Assembly: GCF_902713615.1 (NCBI RefSeq)
Contig: NC_052171.1
Span: 22,852,324-22,916,323 of the forward strand
From: Scyliorhinus canicula
Taxonomy: Eukaryota
Length of the DNA: 64,000 nucleotides
Direction of reading: 5' to 3'
The translations under genes and the position numbers were made by a program. Shown here piece after piece: positions 25,045 to 37,485 of this stretch. A model generated the notes under the pieces. That model saw only the letters and a program-made list of their open reading frames with translations. It was not told the DNA's origin and did not search any database. How positions within the stretch are numbered: the stretch's first letter is position 1; every line of letters starts with the position of its first letter.

Positions 25045-25527
25045 TAGAATATTACAGCGCAGTACAGGCCCTTCGGCCCTCGATGTTGCGCTGACCTGTG
25101 AAACCACTCTAAAGCCCAGCTACACTATTCCCTTATCGTCCATATGTCTATCCAATGACCATTTGAATGCGTTGAGTGTTGGCGAGTCCACTACTGTTGC
25201 AGGCAGGGCATTCCACGTCCTTACTACTCTCTGAGTAAAGGACCTACCTCTGACATCTGTCCTATATCTATCTCCCCTCAATTTAAAGCTATGTCCCCTC
25301 GTGCTGGACATCACCATCCGAGGAAAAAGGCTCTCACTGTCCACCCTATCTAATCCTCTGATCATTTTGTATGCCTCAATTAAGTCACCTCTTAACCTTC
25401 TTCTCTCTTTCGAAAACAGCCTCAAGGCCCTCAGCCTTTCCTCATAAGATCTTCCCTCCATACCAGGCAACATCCTGGTAAATCTCCTCTGTACCCTTTC
25501 CAATGCTTCCACGTCCTTCCTATAATG
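25045..25527 (-). mobile_element. young CR1 LINE 3' fragment
   Basis: intact reading YRKDVEALERVQRRFTRMLPGMEG...FTQRVVRTWNALP. Confidence 0.92.
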
Positions 25528-25587
25528 TTGCTGATCTCCAGTGCAGAGATTTTGATGCCAACGTCCTGGATTTTGTTTATGTTGTAG

Positions 25588-25684
25588 GATCCAGTATCTG
25601 TTGAAGAACAAGCCTTCCGATGGGATTCTCCCTCCAGATTCCTTCTACAGATCCCTGTATCCCCAAATTATACAGGACATAGAG
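25588..25684 (+). CDS. BTRC: beta-TrCP-like exon: F-box to WD40 linker
   Basis: [32 protein letters not shown]; tgtAG / GTAAGA; 97 nt. Confidence 0.96.
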
Positions 25685-26933
25685 GTAAGAGGCTGCAGCT
25701 TGCGTTCTGGGGACGGGTTCAGGCGTGACGCCAATCACAATCTGATGAAAAAAGTCACAGCCCAGGTCATTACAGTTAACAAAGTGTGGCAGGGAAATGT
25801 GACCACTTTGTGCAGAGCAAGCTCCCACTCACAGCAGTGAGATTAGTCCTGGAAATCTGTTGCTAATGTAGGTTTGGGCAAGAATATTGACTCAGGACTT
25901 GTGTGTGATATTGGGGGAGGGGGGTGGGGGGGGGGGGGGGGGGGGGGGGGGGGTGGGGGGGGGGGGGGGGGGAATCCCCTTGCCTATCTTCAAAGTCTTG
26001 TCTTGGAGTCTTTTAGATGCAGCAGACCGGGATTGTGGTTAAATGCACCACCCCCTCTGGAGTGGAACCTGAACCCGCAGCGTTGTAACAGGGAAGCGAG
26101 CTTGCTGCCCACTGAACCAAGGGCTGGGCTGTGATGGGCTCAAGGGCCGTATGATTCTGTACACTGTGGCTTTGCAGCACCTTTACACGCACTCCATCAT
26201 CTCTCCCTGGTCCAGACCACAATCTCAGTCTGCTGCTGTTAACTCTCTTCACTGACCGAGCTCCCTGTCCCCAGGCAATTCGGCCGAAAGACCATTGAGA
26301 TCGTTACGCAAGAGAAAGGTTTTCTTTAAAGTTGGCCTGGTTGGGTAATTCTGACCTGCAGCAGCCTTGGGAGATGGGACAGCAACAGGAGGAGGAGGCT
26401 GTCACACAAGCAAAACACAGCAGAAGCTGGGAATCTGACGTGAAGATGGGAAAGCCTGCAATGTGTCCAGTCAGCAGAGAGAGGTCTTGAGTTGATGGCG
26501 TTTTGCCAAAAGTGACGGTATTTGAGATTTAACAGTGTCCGAATCACAAACCGAGCGACGGTAAAGGTGGGGAGGGAGGAAATAACCCCAGGGATGGGTC
26601 TGTGATAAGGCAGTGGGTGGGAACGATGAAGCGACAAGGGAGGAAGGTGGAAGGCAAATGGGAGAAACACAAGAGGAGAAAAGATGGGCAGAAGATGCTG
26701 GCTAACCCCAGGAGATCTGACCGCATCAGGAGAGAGATTGGAGCTGACGTTTCATTGAAGTCTCTGATGAAGCATCATCCAGACTCGAAACGTGAGCTCG
26801 CTCTCCCCTCTCTTCACAGATGCTGTCAGACCTGCTGAGAATTCCCGGTATTTTCAGCGTTTGTGGCAGATTGCAGCCCCCGCGGCCATTTGCTTCAACA
26901 CGAATGAAAAGGTGGATTGTGTCTCCTTTTCAG

Positions 26934-27071
26934 ACCATTGAATCGAACTGGAGATGTGGACATCACGGCTTGCAGCGGATACACTGTCACAGCGAGACCA
27001 GTAAAGGTGTCTACTGCTTACAGTACGATGATCAGAAAATTATCAGCGGTTTACGCGACAACACAATCAAG
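26934..27071 (+). CDS. BTRC: beta-TrCP-like exon: WD40 repeat 1
   Basis: [46 protein letters not shown]; tttcAG / GTAAAT; 138 nt. Confidence 0.97.
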
Positions 27072-27367
27072 GTAAATAGAGCAGCGACTGAATGGAGGAA
27101 GGTTTGTTAATGAGCCCAGTCAGTTTGACATGGCTTTATTAATCAAATAGTCTTCAGGTTGTGTTGTAATGGGGATGTGCACAGTGTCAGAGCTGACTGG
27201 GGTCCAGTTTAATATCTGCTCATCTCCACTGGGAGTTCCTGTGGAACAGGAGCTGCTGCGCGTAGTCACACAAAGGAATCTGTTGGTTGGTCAGCATTAA
27301 TTGGCTTGTGTACGGCTCAGGCCTGGTCTCCATTCCACAGCAAGAATATTGAAACCTGGAGCAGCGG

Positions 27368-28460
27368 GGAGGGTGAGGAGGCTGTGATTGGTGGAAGGGA
27401 GAGGGGGAAGGCTGTGATTGGTGGAAGGGAGAGGGGGAAGGCTGTGATTGGTGGAAGGGAGAGGGGGGAGGAGGGTGTGATTGGTGGAAGGGAGGGGGGG
27501 AGGAGGGTGTGATTGGTGGAAGGGAGAGGGGGAAGGCTGTGATTGGTGGAAGGGAGAGGGGGGAGGAGGGTGTGATTGGTGGAAGGGAGAGGGGGAGGAG
27601 GCTCTGATTGGTGGAAGGGAGAGGGGGAAGGCTGTGATTGGTGGAGGGGAGAGGGGGGAGGAGGCTGTGATTGGTGGAAGGGAGGGGGGGAGGAGGCTGT
27701 GATTGGTGGAAGGGAGGGGGCGGAGGCTGTGATTGGTGGAAGGGAGAGGGGAGGAGGCTCTGATTGGTGGAAGGGAGAGGGGGAAGGCTGTGATTGGTGG
27801 AGGGGAGAGGGGACGGAGGGTGTGATTGGTGGAGGGGAGGGGGCGGAGACTGTGATTGGTGGAGGGGAGAGGGGACGGAGGGTGTGATTGGTGGAGGGGA
27901 GGGGGCGGAGAGTGTGATTGGTGGAGGGGAGAGGGGGCGGAGGCTGTGATTGGTGGGAGGGGGGAGAGGAGGGTGTGATTGGTAGAGGGGAGAGGGGGCG
28001 GAGGGTGTGATTGGTGGGAGAGGGGGAGGAGGGTGTGATTGGTGGGAGAGGGGGGAGGAGGGTGTGATTGGTGGAGGGGGGAGGCTGTGATTGGTGGAGG
28101 GGAGAGGGGGGGCGGAGGGTGTGATTGGTGGAGGGGAGAGGGGGGGCGGAGGGTGTGATTGGTGGAGGGGAGAGGGGGGGGCGGAGGGTGTGATTGGTGG
28201 AAGGGAAAGGGGGAGGAGGCTGTGATTGGTGGAGGGGAGAGGGGGAGGAGGCTGTGATTGGTGATGGGGAGAGGGGGCGGAGGCTGTGATTGGGGGAGGG
28301 GAGAGGGGGCGGAGGGTGTGATTGGTGGAAGGGAGAGGGGGAGGAGGCTGTGATTGGTGGAGGGGGGCGGAGGCTGTGATTAGTGGAAGGGAGAGGGGGT
28401 GGAGGGTGTGATTGGTGGAGGGGAGAGGGGGGTGGAGGGTGTGATTGGTGGAGGGGAGAA
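27368..28460. repeat. G-rich ~30-33-bp minisatellite (TGTGATTGGTGGA.GGGAGAGGGGG.GGAGG)
   Basis: about 34 tandem units. Confidence 0.95.
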
Positions 28461-28534
28461 GATGGCAGGAATCGCGCCGGTTTAATGACACGAATGACCA
28501 TGGTGATCTGTGATATTTGTTCTGCCCTCTCCAG

Positions 28535-28653
28535 ATTTGGGACAAGAACACATTGGAGTGTAAGAACGTTCTGACAGGACACACTGGCTCGGTGCTGTGT
28601 CTGCAGTATGATGACAAAGTGATCATTACTGGATCCTCGGACTCCACAGTAAG
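28535..28653 (+). CDS. BTRC: beta-TrCP-like exon: WD40 repeat 2
   Basis: [40 protein letters not shown]; tccAG / GTATGT; 119 nt. Confidence 0.97.
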
Positions 28654-28996
28654 GTATGTGGCTGCTTACTCCCAGGTGTATGCTCGACTTGGCAATAGGA
28701 ACTGATGCTGTGCGTAAACCACACTGGGGTGAAACACTCACTCTCTGGTGAACCTCGTTAACCCCCTCGTTACACACATTTTTCATCGATGAGTGAGTTG
28801 AGCTTTACAGGAGACAGGCAAGAAAGTTGAGTTCTGGTTATAATTACATTCATAATGATACTGAATGGCGGAGCAGACTGGTGGGGCTGAATGGCCGATT
28901 CCGATGCCTGTTAATAACGATCATCATTCCAATGACTGGACAGCACTGGCTCAGTCACCTGTTACCTGGCTCCCAGAGGTGAAAGGATCAGTGTTT

Positions 28997-29499
28997 AACC
29001 CACTGCTCCGCCTCAGCCTGCGTGCCCCCCCGCCCCCCTCCCCATCCTCTCTCTGAACCCACTGCTCCGCCCCCGCCTGTGTGCCCCCCCTGCCCACCCT
29101 CCCCATTCTCTCTCTGAACCCACTGCTCTGCCTCCGCCTGCGTGCCCCCCCCCCCGGCCCCCTCCCCATCCTCTCTCTGAACCCACTGCTCCGCCTCAGC
29201 CTGTGTGCCCCCCCCCCCGCCCCCCTCCCATCCTCTCTCTGAACCCACTGCTCCGCCTCAGCCTGTGTGCCCCCCCCCCCCCCCGGCCCCCTCCCCATCC
29301 TCTCTCTGAACCCACTGCTCCGCCTCCGCCTGTGTGCCCCCCCTGCCCACCCTCCCCATTCTCTCTCTGAACCCACTGCTCCGCCTCCGCCTGTGTGCCC
29401 CCCCGCCCCCCTCCCCATTCTCTCTCTGAACCCACTGCTCCGCCTCCGCCTGCGTGCCCCCCCCGTCCCCCCTCCCCATTCTCTCTCTGAACCCACTGC
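28997..29499. repeat. C-rich ~57-60-bp minisatellite (AACCCACTGCTCCGCCTC...CCTCTCTCTG)
   Basis: 8-9 tandem units. Confidence 0.93.
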
Positions 29500-29550
29500 G
29501 GAGTGCTTCTATTTAACTGGGGTGCTGTATGTTTGATTTGCCCATTACAG

Positions 29551-29800
29551 AGTATGGGACGTTGGTACAGGGGAGATGTTAAACACACTGATCCATCACT
29601 GTGAAGCTGTCCTCCATCTCCGCTTCACCAATGGAATGATGGTCACCTGCTCCAAGGATCGTTCGATAGCTGTGTGGGATATGAGTACATCCACGGACAT
29701 CACCTTGCGCAGGGTCCTTGTTGGACACCGAGCAGCTGTCAACGTTGTGGATTTTGACGATAAGTACATCGTATCAGCTTCTGGGGATAGGACCATCAAA
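29551..29800 (+). CDS. BTRC: beta-TrCP-like exon: WD40 repeats 3-4
   Basis: [25 protein letters not shown]...[19 protein letters not shown]; tacAG / GTAAGA; 250 nt. Confidence 0.97.
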
Positions 29801-31402
29801 GTAAGACCTCTTTCATCACTCCTTCCTTCTCTTTTGTGCAATGTTTGTCTGTTCTTTTTCTCCCTCCCCCTGATGTTGACAGTGGGGCCATTCTGCCCCT
29901 CGAGCCTGGTGTGTCAGTTCCGAGCTGATCTGGACACAAACTCCATTTACCCATCTTTGCTCCGTGCCCTTTGATTGCCTTCGCCAATAAAAACCTTGCA
30001 GACTGGAGTCGACAGGCTGTCTGATCCAGCGGCGTGCGGTGTGACCAACACAGAGTTTAGGTCCTTGTCAGATAAGTGTATTGTATCAACTCTTCCCAGC
30101 AACGGAATGGGATGCTGGGTGAAATTGAATTGGAATTCTCGTGTCTCACTGGCTTGGATCAGCTCATCAGCGGATCAACTCATTGATCCACTTTTCCAAA
30201 CGTTTTCCCATCGGATGGAGTTTGATAAATGTTCCCGAGCCATCTGAGCATCTTGTGGAATGCACATTTGTAAAGTGCTACATCTTGACCTCTGCCATAA
30301 GCCCAGAGGTGTGCTGTTTAGGTGGACTGGCCACGCTAAATTTCCTCTGAGCGGTGAAGTGGGGTTGCGGGGGTAGGCTGGGGACGTGGGTGTGGTGCCA
30401 TCACGGAGGGTTGGTGCAGACTCGATGGGCCGAATAGCCTCCTTCTTCACTGTAGGGATTCTATGATTCCACAAGCTTCTATCTCCTGAGCTCCGGATCA
30501 AAGGTTTAGTCTGTATCGATTTGGAAGTGAGTGGCCAGTTGATGCTCCTGAATACGATAATATTCGATGAACACCCCCATAGTCAGGACACCCCAAATTA
30601 GTTGCAGCCAGCTAATGCTCCATGTCACACAGTCACTGTTGTTTTACTGGATAATGCACCTGGCAAATGGGAGACACAAAATCCCCATAAACAGGACTGA
30701 GATCAAAGCGCACAAAGTCTCTTTCCCCCCCGTGTTGATTCAGAAATAATTATTGGCAGTGGCAGAACGGTCTATTTCCTGCTCGACATTTTAGATTTCA
30801 CTTCAACAGAGTCTGGGTGTACTGTCTCCTCCGAGAACATGCCAACACTGGCAGAGTGAAACTCTCTCTGGTCCGTGTCGGGCACCCTCGGTGCTGCCCC
30901 TCTGACAGCTCAGCCCTCCCTCAGTTGCTGCATCGGCATTGTACGGCTGCATTGTCTGTGGAATGGGACTGGGACTGGGACTCTCAGCCCATTGACCTCG
31001 CAAGTGAAGGGAATAGTCACCCTCTCTCCACACCCCTCTCCAGCTTCTCAAAACGCCTGACCATATAAAAACCCCAACTTGGCCTTCACCAATTTAACGT
31101 TCCATTAATAATAATAAAAAACACAGAGATAAACTCAGCAGGTCTGGCAGCATCTGTGGAGAGAGAATCAGAGTTCATATTTCGGGTTTAAATGACCCTT
31201 CTGCAGAACTCATTCCCTTATTGTTCTATCAGGATTATCCCAAGCTCAGGTCAGTCTTAATATCCCTCCTGAATTCAGGAAGTGATCCCAGTTACTTGCC
31301 CTTGACCCTCTGTTCTTTAAGAGTTCCTGATGATGTGTGAGTGAATATTTGTCTAGGTGTGTTGCTAACCGTGCTTCCTTCCGCCTCTCTCTCTCTCTCG
31401 AG

Positions 31403-31521
31403 GTGTGGAACACTGGCTCCTGTGAGTTTGTGCGCACGTTGAATGGTCACAAGCGAGGCATCGCCTGTCTGCAGTACAGGGACCGACTCGTGGTCAGTGG
31501 TTCCTCCGATAACACAATCCG
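31403..31521 (+). CDS. BTRC: beta-TrCP-like exon: WD40 repeat 5
   Basis: [40 protein letters not shown]; acceptor is an unusual GAG, donor GTATGT; 119 nt. Confidence 0.96.
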
Positions 31522-31721
31522 GTATGTCTCTTCCCATCTCACACCTCTCTCAAACTACACTCCCCGCGGCAAGTCCTTGCTTCGTTCAGTCACAGAGTGA
31601 CCATCAGCGCCATGCATTAACTTGCAGTTCAGCTGTGCCAGTTGCAATATCTTTAAACTCTCTGCTTGTTTTGGGCAGGAACAGAGCTGGGTAAAAGGAA
31701 CCCGGTGAATTTAGGTGATCT

Positions 31722-34700
31722 TTTTCATTTTAAACGCATTTTATTCAAACTTGTATCAAAGTAGGTTACAGCAAATAAACACTCCGGGAAACAATCTTCC
31801 CAACAATCAACTATACAGTTTGTACAGATTTTCCTGGCCCCCCCCCCCCCCCCCCGGGTGACTAATGGCCCCTCGAAGACGGTCCCAAACATCCCCCACC
31901 TTTTCTCGAACTCCCCTGCTGAGCCCCTTAACTCATACTTTATCTTCTCTAACCGCAGGAAGTCGTACAGATACCCAACCGTGCTGCTACCCCCGGTGGC
32001 GATGCCGACCGCCACTCCAGCAACATCCGTCGCCGTGCAATCAGAGACGAGAAGGCCATGACATCGGCCTTCCTCCTCTCCATGAGCTTCGGCTTCTCTG
32101 AAACCCCAAATATCGCCACCAAAGGGTCCGGGTCCAGTCCCTCCTCCACTATCCTGGCTAAGACAGCGAACACTCCCGCCCAGAATCTTCCCAATTTTGC
32201 ACAACCAGAAACATGTGTGCGTGTTTCGCTGGCCCCCGCCCACACCTCTCACACTCATCTGCTACCCCCTGAAAGAACCCACTCATCCGAGTCATATGCA
32301 CCCTGTACACCACCTTAAACTGTATCAGGCTCAACCTTGCACAAGAGGAGGTCCCATTTACCCTTCACAGTGCCTCACTCCATACACCCCAATTGATCTC
32401 CATTCCCAACTCCCCTTCCCATTTCTCCTTGATCTTCACCACCCGCTCACCTCCCTGCTCCCCCAGCCACTTTATATATCCCCAATTCTTCCCTCCCCTT
32501 CCACATCCGGAAGCAGCAGTCGCTCCAGCAGGGTGTATCCCGGCAATCTAGGGAATCCCTTCCAGACCTTTCGTGCAAAGTCCCTAACCTGTAGATACCT
32601 GAACTCACTGCCCCTCGGCAGCTCTACCCTCTCCCTGAGCTCCTCCAGACTAGCGAACCCTTCCTCCAAATACAGATCCCTCACCTTGACCAGCCCCACA
32701 TCCCTCCACCTCCTGTATACACTATCCATCCTCCCCGGCTCAAACCCATGATTCTCGCACAGCGGCGTTAGCACCGACATCCCTTCCACCCTAAAATGCC
32801 TCCTCAGCTGATTCCATATCTTCACCGTTGACTGCACCACTGGGCTCCCTGAATCCCTACTCTGAGCCATTGGCAATGCTGCCGTCACCATAGCCCTCAA
32901 ACTAGACCCCTCACAAGATTCCTTCTCCATCTTAACCCACTCTACCCCTTCTCCTTCCCACCACCGCCGCACTCTGTCCACATTCGCCGCCCAATAATAA
33001 TGGAGCAAGTTTGGCAACACCAACCCCCCCCCCTGCTGCCTCTGTCTCTGTGGCAGGGTCCTCCCCACCCTCGGCACCTTCCCACCCCCCCCCCCCCCAC
33101 CCCCGCTGCCTCTGCCTCAGGGTCCTCCCCACCCTCGGCACCTTCCCCCCCCCCCCCCCTGCTGCCTCTGCCTCAGGGTCCTCCCCACCCTCGGCACCTT
33201 CCCCCCCCCCCCCCCCTTCCTGCTGTCTCTGCCTCAGGGCCCTCCCCACCCTCGGCACCCCCCCCGCCTCTGCCTCAGGGTCCTCCCCACCCTCGGCCCC
33301 CCCCCCCCTGCTGCCTCTGCCTCAGGGCCCTCCCCACCCTCGGCACCCCCCCCGCCTCTGCCTCAGGGCCCTCCCCACCCTCGGCCCCCACCCCCCCCCC
33401 CCCCCCTGCTGCCTCTGCCTCAGGGTCCTCCCCACCCCCGGCCCCCCCCCCCCCCCCCCTGCTGCCTCTGCCTCGGGACCCTCCCCACCCTCGGCCCCCC
33501 ACCCCCCCCCTGCTGCCTCTGCCTCAGGGCCCTCCCCACCCTCGCCCCCCCCCCACCCTCGCCCCCCCCCCCCCCCCCCCCCCGCTGCCTCAGGGTCCTC
33601 CCCACCCTCGGCCCCCCCCCCCCCCCTCCCGCTGCCTCAGGGTCCTCCCCACCCTGCCCCCCCCCCCGGCTGCCTCTGCCTCAGGGCCCTCCCCACCCTC
33701 GGCACCTCCCCCCCTATACAAAGTCAGAGATGATTGTGTCCACTTTCCGAAAAAGGCCTTTGGTATAAAGATGGGGAGAGCCTGAAAGATAAACAAGAAC
33801 CTCGGCAGAATATTCATTTTCACCACTCGGACCCACCCTGCCAACGCTAAGTGCCGTGTATCCCACCTCTTAGATCCTCCCTGGCCTCCTCCACCAGCTT
33901 CGTTAAGTTTCACTTACGGAGCCCCGTCCATTCCCTCGCTACCCTGATTCCCCAAGTACCTAAACCTATCCCTCGCTACCGTAATGGCATCCCCATAAAT
34001 TAGCCGCTGTGCCAGCTCTTCACCGGAATACCTCGCTTTTCCGACATTCATCATAGAACATAGAACGTACAGCACTGAACAGGCCCTTCGGCCCTCGTGT
34101 TGTGCCGAGCCATGATCACCCTACTCAACCCACGTATCCACCCTATAACCCGTAACCCACAACCCCCCCCTTAACCTTACTTTTTAGGACACTACGGCAT
34201 TTAGCATGGCCAATCCACCTAACCCGCACATCTTTGGACTGTGGGAGGAACCGGAGCACCGGAAGAAACCCACGCACACACGGGGAGGACGTGCAGACTC
34301 CACACAGACAGTGACCCAGCCGGGAATCGAACCTGGGACCCTGGAGCTGTGAAGCATTTATGCTAACCACCATGCTACCGTGCTGCCCTTATGTATCCCG
34401 CGAACTCTCCAAACCTCCCCAACAGGCCCATAATCCTTCCCATACTCTCCAACGGATCCGAAACATACAGCAAGAGGTCATCGGCATAGAGCGACACCCG
34501 ATGCTCCCTCTGTCCCCTCATTATCCCCTGCCACTCTGCCAACCCCCTGAGAGCCATCGCCAATGGCTCTATGGCCAGCGCAAAGCAGCAGCGGCGACAG
34601 CGGGCCACTCCTGCCACGCGGTGGTGTTTTTCATGTTGCTTTGTCCCCCAGCATTCGGCGACAATTGGGTGCTTTTTCTTCCTTTCCAGCACTGGTTGCT
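31722..34700 (-). mobile_element. L1/Tx1-like LINE ORF2 remnant containing a minisatellite (33030-33715) and a SINE (34052-34388)
   Basis: SLYADDLLLY, VKMNILPRFLFIFQ and LPNLLHYYWAAN motifs; A-rich tail near 31725. Confidence 0.88.
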
Positions 34701-35430
34701 GAAAGAGCGCTGACCAATGTTGGGGCAGTAAGATCCCACAGACAGCATTGTGTTGGTTCCCAGATAATGATGTTGGTTGAGGTTGACCAGAGTCACCGGG
34801 CAGGCCTCCCTCCTCTACTCTGCTTCCAGCCGGAAGCTCAATGTAACATCGTGCGGAATGCGTGGCCCCTCCATCATTGCAGCATTCCCTCCGGACTGCA
34901 CTGAACCTGTGGCCCGAATAACGGTGCGAGTCTCTGCAACTGAGGATTTAACCTGCTGGGCACTGAGGTGCAAGCGTTGCCTGCTGAACTCTCTTCTTTA
35001 AATGGGCTGAGCATTTGCTTGTTAACCTGGGCACAGAACCGGACGTACATCGCCCACCATTCAACAACAAGGCCTCTCCTGTGTGGAAAATGGCACTGAC
35101 CATGAACCCTCTGTAAATGCTCACAGACATCTCCCACTTTACTCATTGTCCAACTGCTCACCTCAACAATAAAAGTTTGCATTTATATAGCACCTTGATC
35201 ACTGTAAAACACTTCCAGGAGCTGCACAGCAATGTCATCAGGCACAATCTGACCCGACAACCTGAGGGGATATTAGGGCCCATCGGCCGGAAACTTTGAC
35301 TTGGGTTTTAAGGAGAGCATCTTGAAGATTGAAAGAGAGTTTTCCTTTCCGCGCTTTCGGCTCAGTTATTCTTGCTTCAAATTCCCCCTGCTGACTTTTT
35401 GCCCCTCTGATTGATGTGCCCCTGCTGCAG

Positions 35431-35541
35431 GCTGTGGGATATCGAATGTGGAGCATGTCTGCGGGTCCTGGAGGGCCATGAAGAACTCGTTCGATGCATT
35501 CGTTTTGACAACAAGCGAATAGTTAGCGGAGCTTATGATGG
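35431..35541 (+). CDS. BTRC: beta-TrCP-like exon: WD40 repeat 6
   Basis: [37 protein letters not shown] read directly from the DNA (absent from the ORF track); tgcAG / GTAAGC; 111 nt. Confidence 0.97.
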
Positions 35542-35674
35542 GTAAGCAAGAGAGAAAGGTCAATGATATATCGATTTTCTCATCCCACCCATTTTCAAAA
35601 TGAGCTTTGAAGGCAGTAAAATAGTTTTTGAAATATATTCACTGTCATCATATAACGTTTCATCTGGGAGGTGG

Positions 35675-36510
35675 CCCCTCTGACAGTGCGGCAGCTCCCT
35701 CAGTACTGACCCTCTGACAGTGCAGCACTTCCCTCAGTACTGACCCTCTGACAGTGCGGCACTCCCTCAGTACTGACCCTCTGACAGTGCAGCACTCCCT
35801 CAGTACTGACCCTCTGACAGTGCGGCACTCCCTCAGTACTGACCCTCTGACAGTGCGGCACTCCCTCAGTACTGACCCTCTGACAGTGCGGCACTCCCTC
35901 AGTACTGACCCTCTGACAGTGCAGGCACTCCCTCAGTACTGACCCTCTGACAGTGCGTCACTCCCTCAGTACTGACCCTCTGACAGTGCGGCACTCCCTC
36001 AGTACTGACCCTCTGACAGTGCGGCACTCCCTCAGTACTGACCCTCTGACAGTGCAGCACTCCCTCAGTACTGACCCTCTGACAGTGCAGCACTCCCTCA
36101 GTACTGACCCTCTGACAGTGCGGCACTCCCTCAGTACTGACCCTCTGACAGTGCGGCACTCCCTCAGTACTGACCCTCTGACAGTGCAGCCTCCCTCAGT
36201 ACTGACCCTCTGACAGTGCGGCACTCCCTCAGTACTGACCCTCTGACAGTGCAGCACTCCCTCAGTACTGACCCTCTGACAGTGCGGCACTCCCTCAGTA
36301 CTGACCCTCTGACAGTGCGGCACTCCCTCAGTACTGACCCTCTGACAGTGCGGCACTCCCTCAGTACTGACCCTCTGACAGTGCGGCACTCCCTCAGTAC
36401 TGACCCTCTGACAGTGCGGCACTCCCTCAGTACTGACCCTCTGACAGTGCGGCACTCCCTCAGTACTGACCCTCTGACAGTGCGGCGCTCCCTCAGTACT
36501 GACCCTCCGG
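35675..36510. repeat. 33-bp minisatellite CCCTCTGACAGTGCGGCACTCCCTCAGTACTGA, ~25 copies
   Basis: direct tandem periodicity. Confidence 0.97.
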
Positions 36511-36765
36511 CATTCTGAGCCGATTGGGCAGGATTGAAATGTAATGTCGCTGCTCAAGCAGGATCTATATTTGTACAACATCAGCATGTGTTTATATAGC
36601 ACCTTCCATCGATGAGTCTCCTGCAATCTGGCACTTTGGGAAATAGCTGAGTCTCTGACTGTTCACAACGCTGGCAGAGGCCTGAGATAATCCAAAGCTG
36701 ACCTGACCACACACACACCTTCGTGTTTATTTAGTTTGGCTTCTCTTTTCTGTTTTGTTTTATAG

Positions 36766-36844
36766 CAAAATTAAAGTGTGGGACCTGGTGGCTGCATTGG
36801 ACCCCCGATCTCCAGCTGGGACTCTCTGTCTGCGAACATTGGTG
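36766..36844 (+). CDS. BTRC: beta-TrCP-like exon: WD40 repeats 6-7 linker
   Basis: [26 protein letters not shown]; tatAG / GTAAGA; 79 nt. Confidence 0.97.
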
Positions 36845-36900
36845 GTAAGAATCCAGCTTCTGACTGAATTCCAGATATCCCTTCAACTGACCTGCTTCAT

Positions 36901-37485
36901 GGGCGGCACGGTGGCACAGTGGTTAGCAGTGTTGCCTACAGCGCTGAGGACCTGGGTTTGAAAGGGCAGCACGGTAGCATTGTGGATAGCACAATCGCTT
37001 CACAGCTCCAGGGTCCCAGGTTCGATTCCTGGCTGGGTCACTGTCTGTATGGAGTCTGCACATCCTTCCCCATGTGTGCATGGGTTTCCTCCGGGTGCTC
37101 CGGTTTCCTCCCACAGTCCAAAGATGTGCAGGTCAGGTGGATTGGACATGATAAATTGCCCTTAGTGTCCAAAATTGCCCTTAGTGTTGGGTGGGGTTAC
37201 TGGGTTATGGGGATAGGGTGGAGGTGTGGGCTTGGGTGGGGTGCTCTTTCCAAGAGCCGGTGCAGACTAGATGGGCCGGGTGGCCTCCTTCTGCCCTGTA
37301 AATTCTATGAAATTCTATGAATCCCGGCTCTGGGTCACTGTCCGTATGGAGTTTGCATATTCTCTCCGTGTCTGCGTGGGTTTCGCCCCCACAACCCAAA
37401 AGACGTGCAGAATAGGTGGATTGGCCACGCTGAATTGCCCCTTAATTGGAAAAAATAATTGGGTACTCTAAATTTGTTTTTTAAA
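36901..37485 (+). mobile_element. family A SINE with a full family B SINE nested inside (36963-37320)
   Basis: 16-bp TSD AACTGACCTGCTTCAT at 36885-36900 and 37486-37501. Confidence 0.88.

Noticed and set aside
27220-28786. Proline-rich 475- and 489-aa minus-strand ORFs
   Set aside because: Minisatellite translation, antisense to a real exon
33000-33785. Proline-rich ORFs
   Set aside because: Tandem expansion inside a LINE
36901-37040. tRNA-like A/B boxes
   Set aside because: These are SINE heads followed by SINE bodies; no complete cloverleaf
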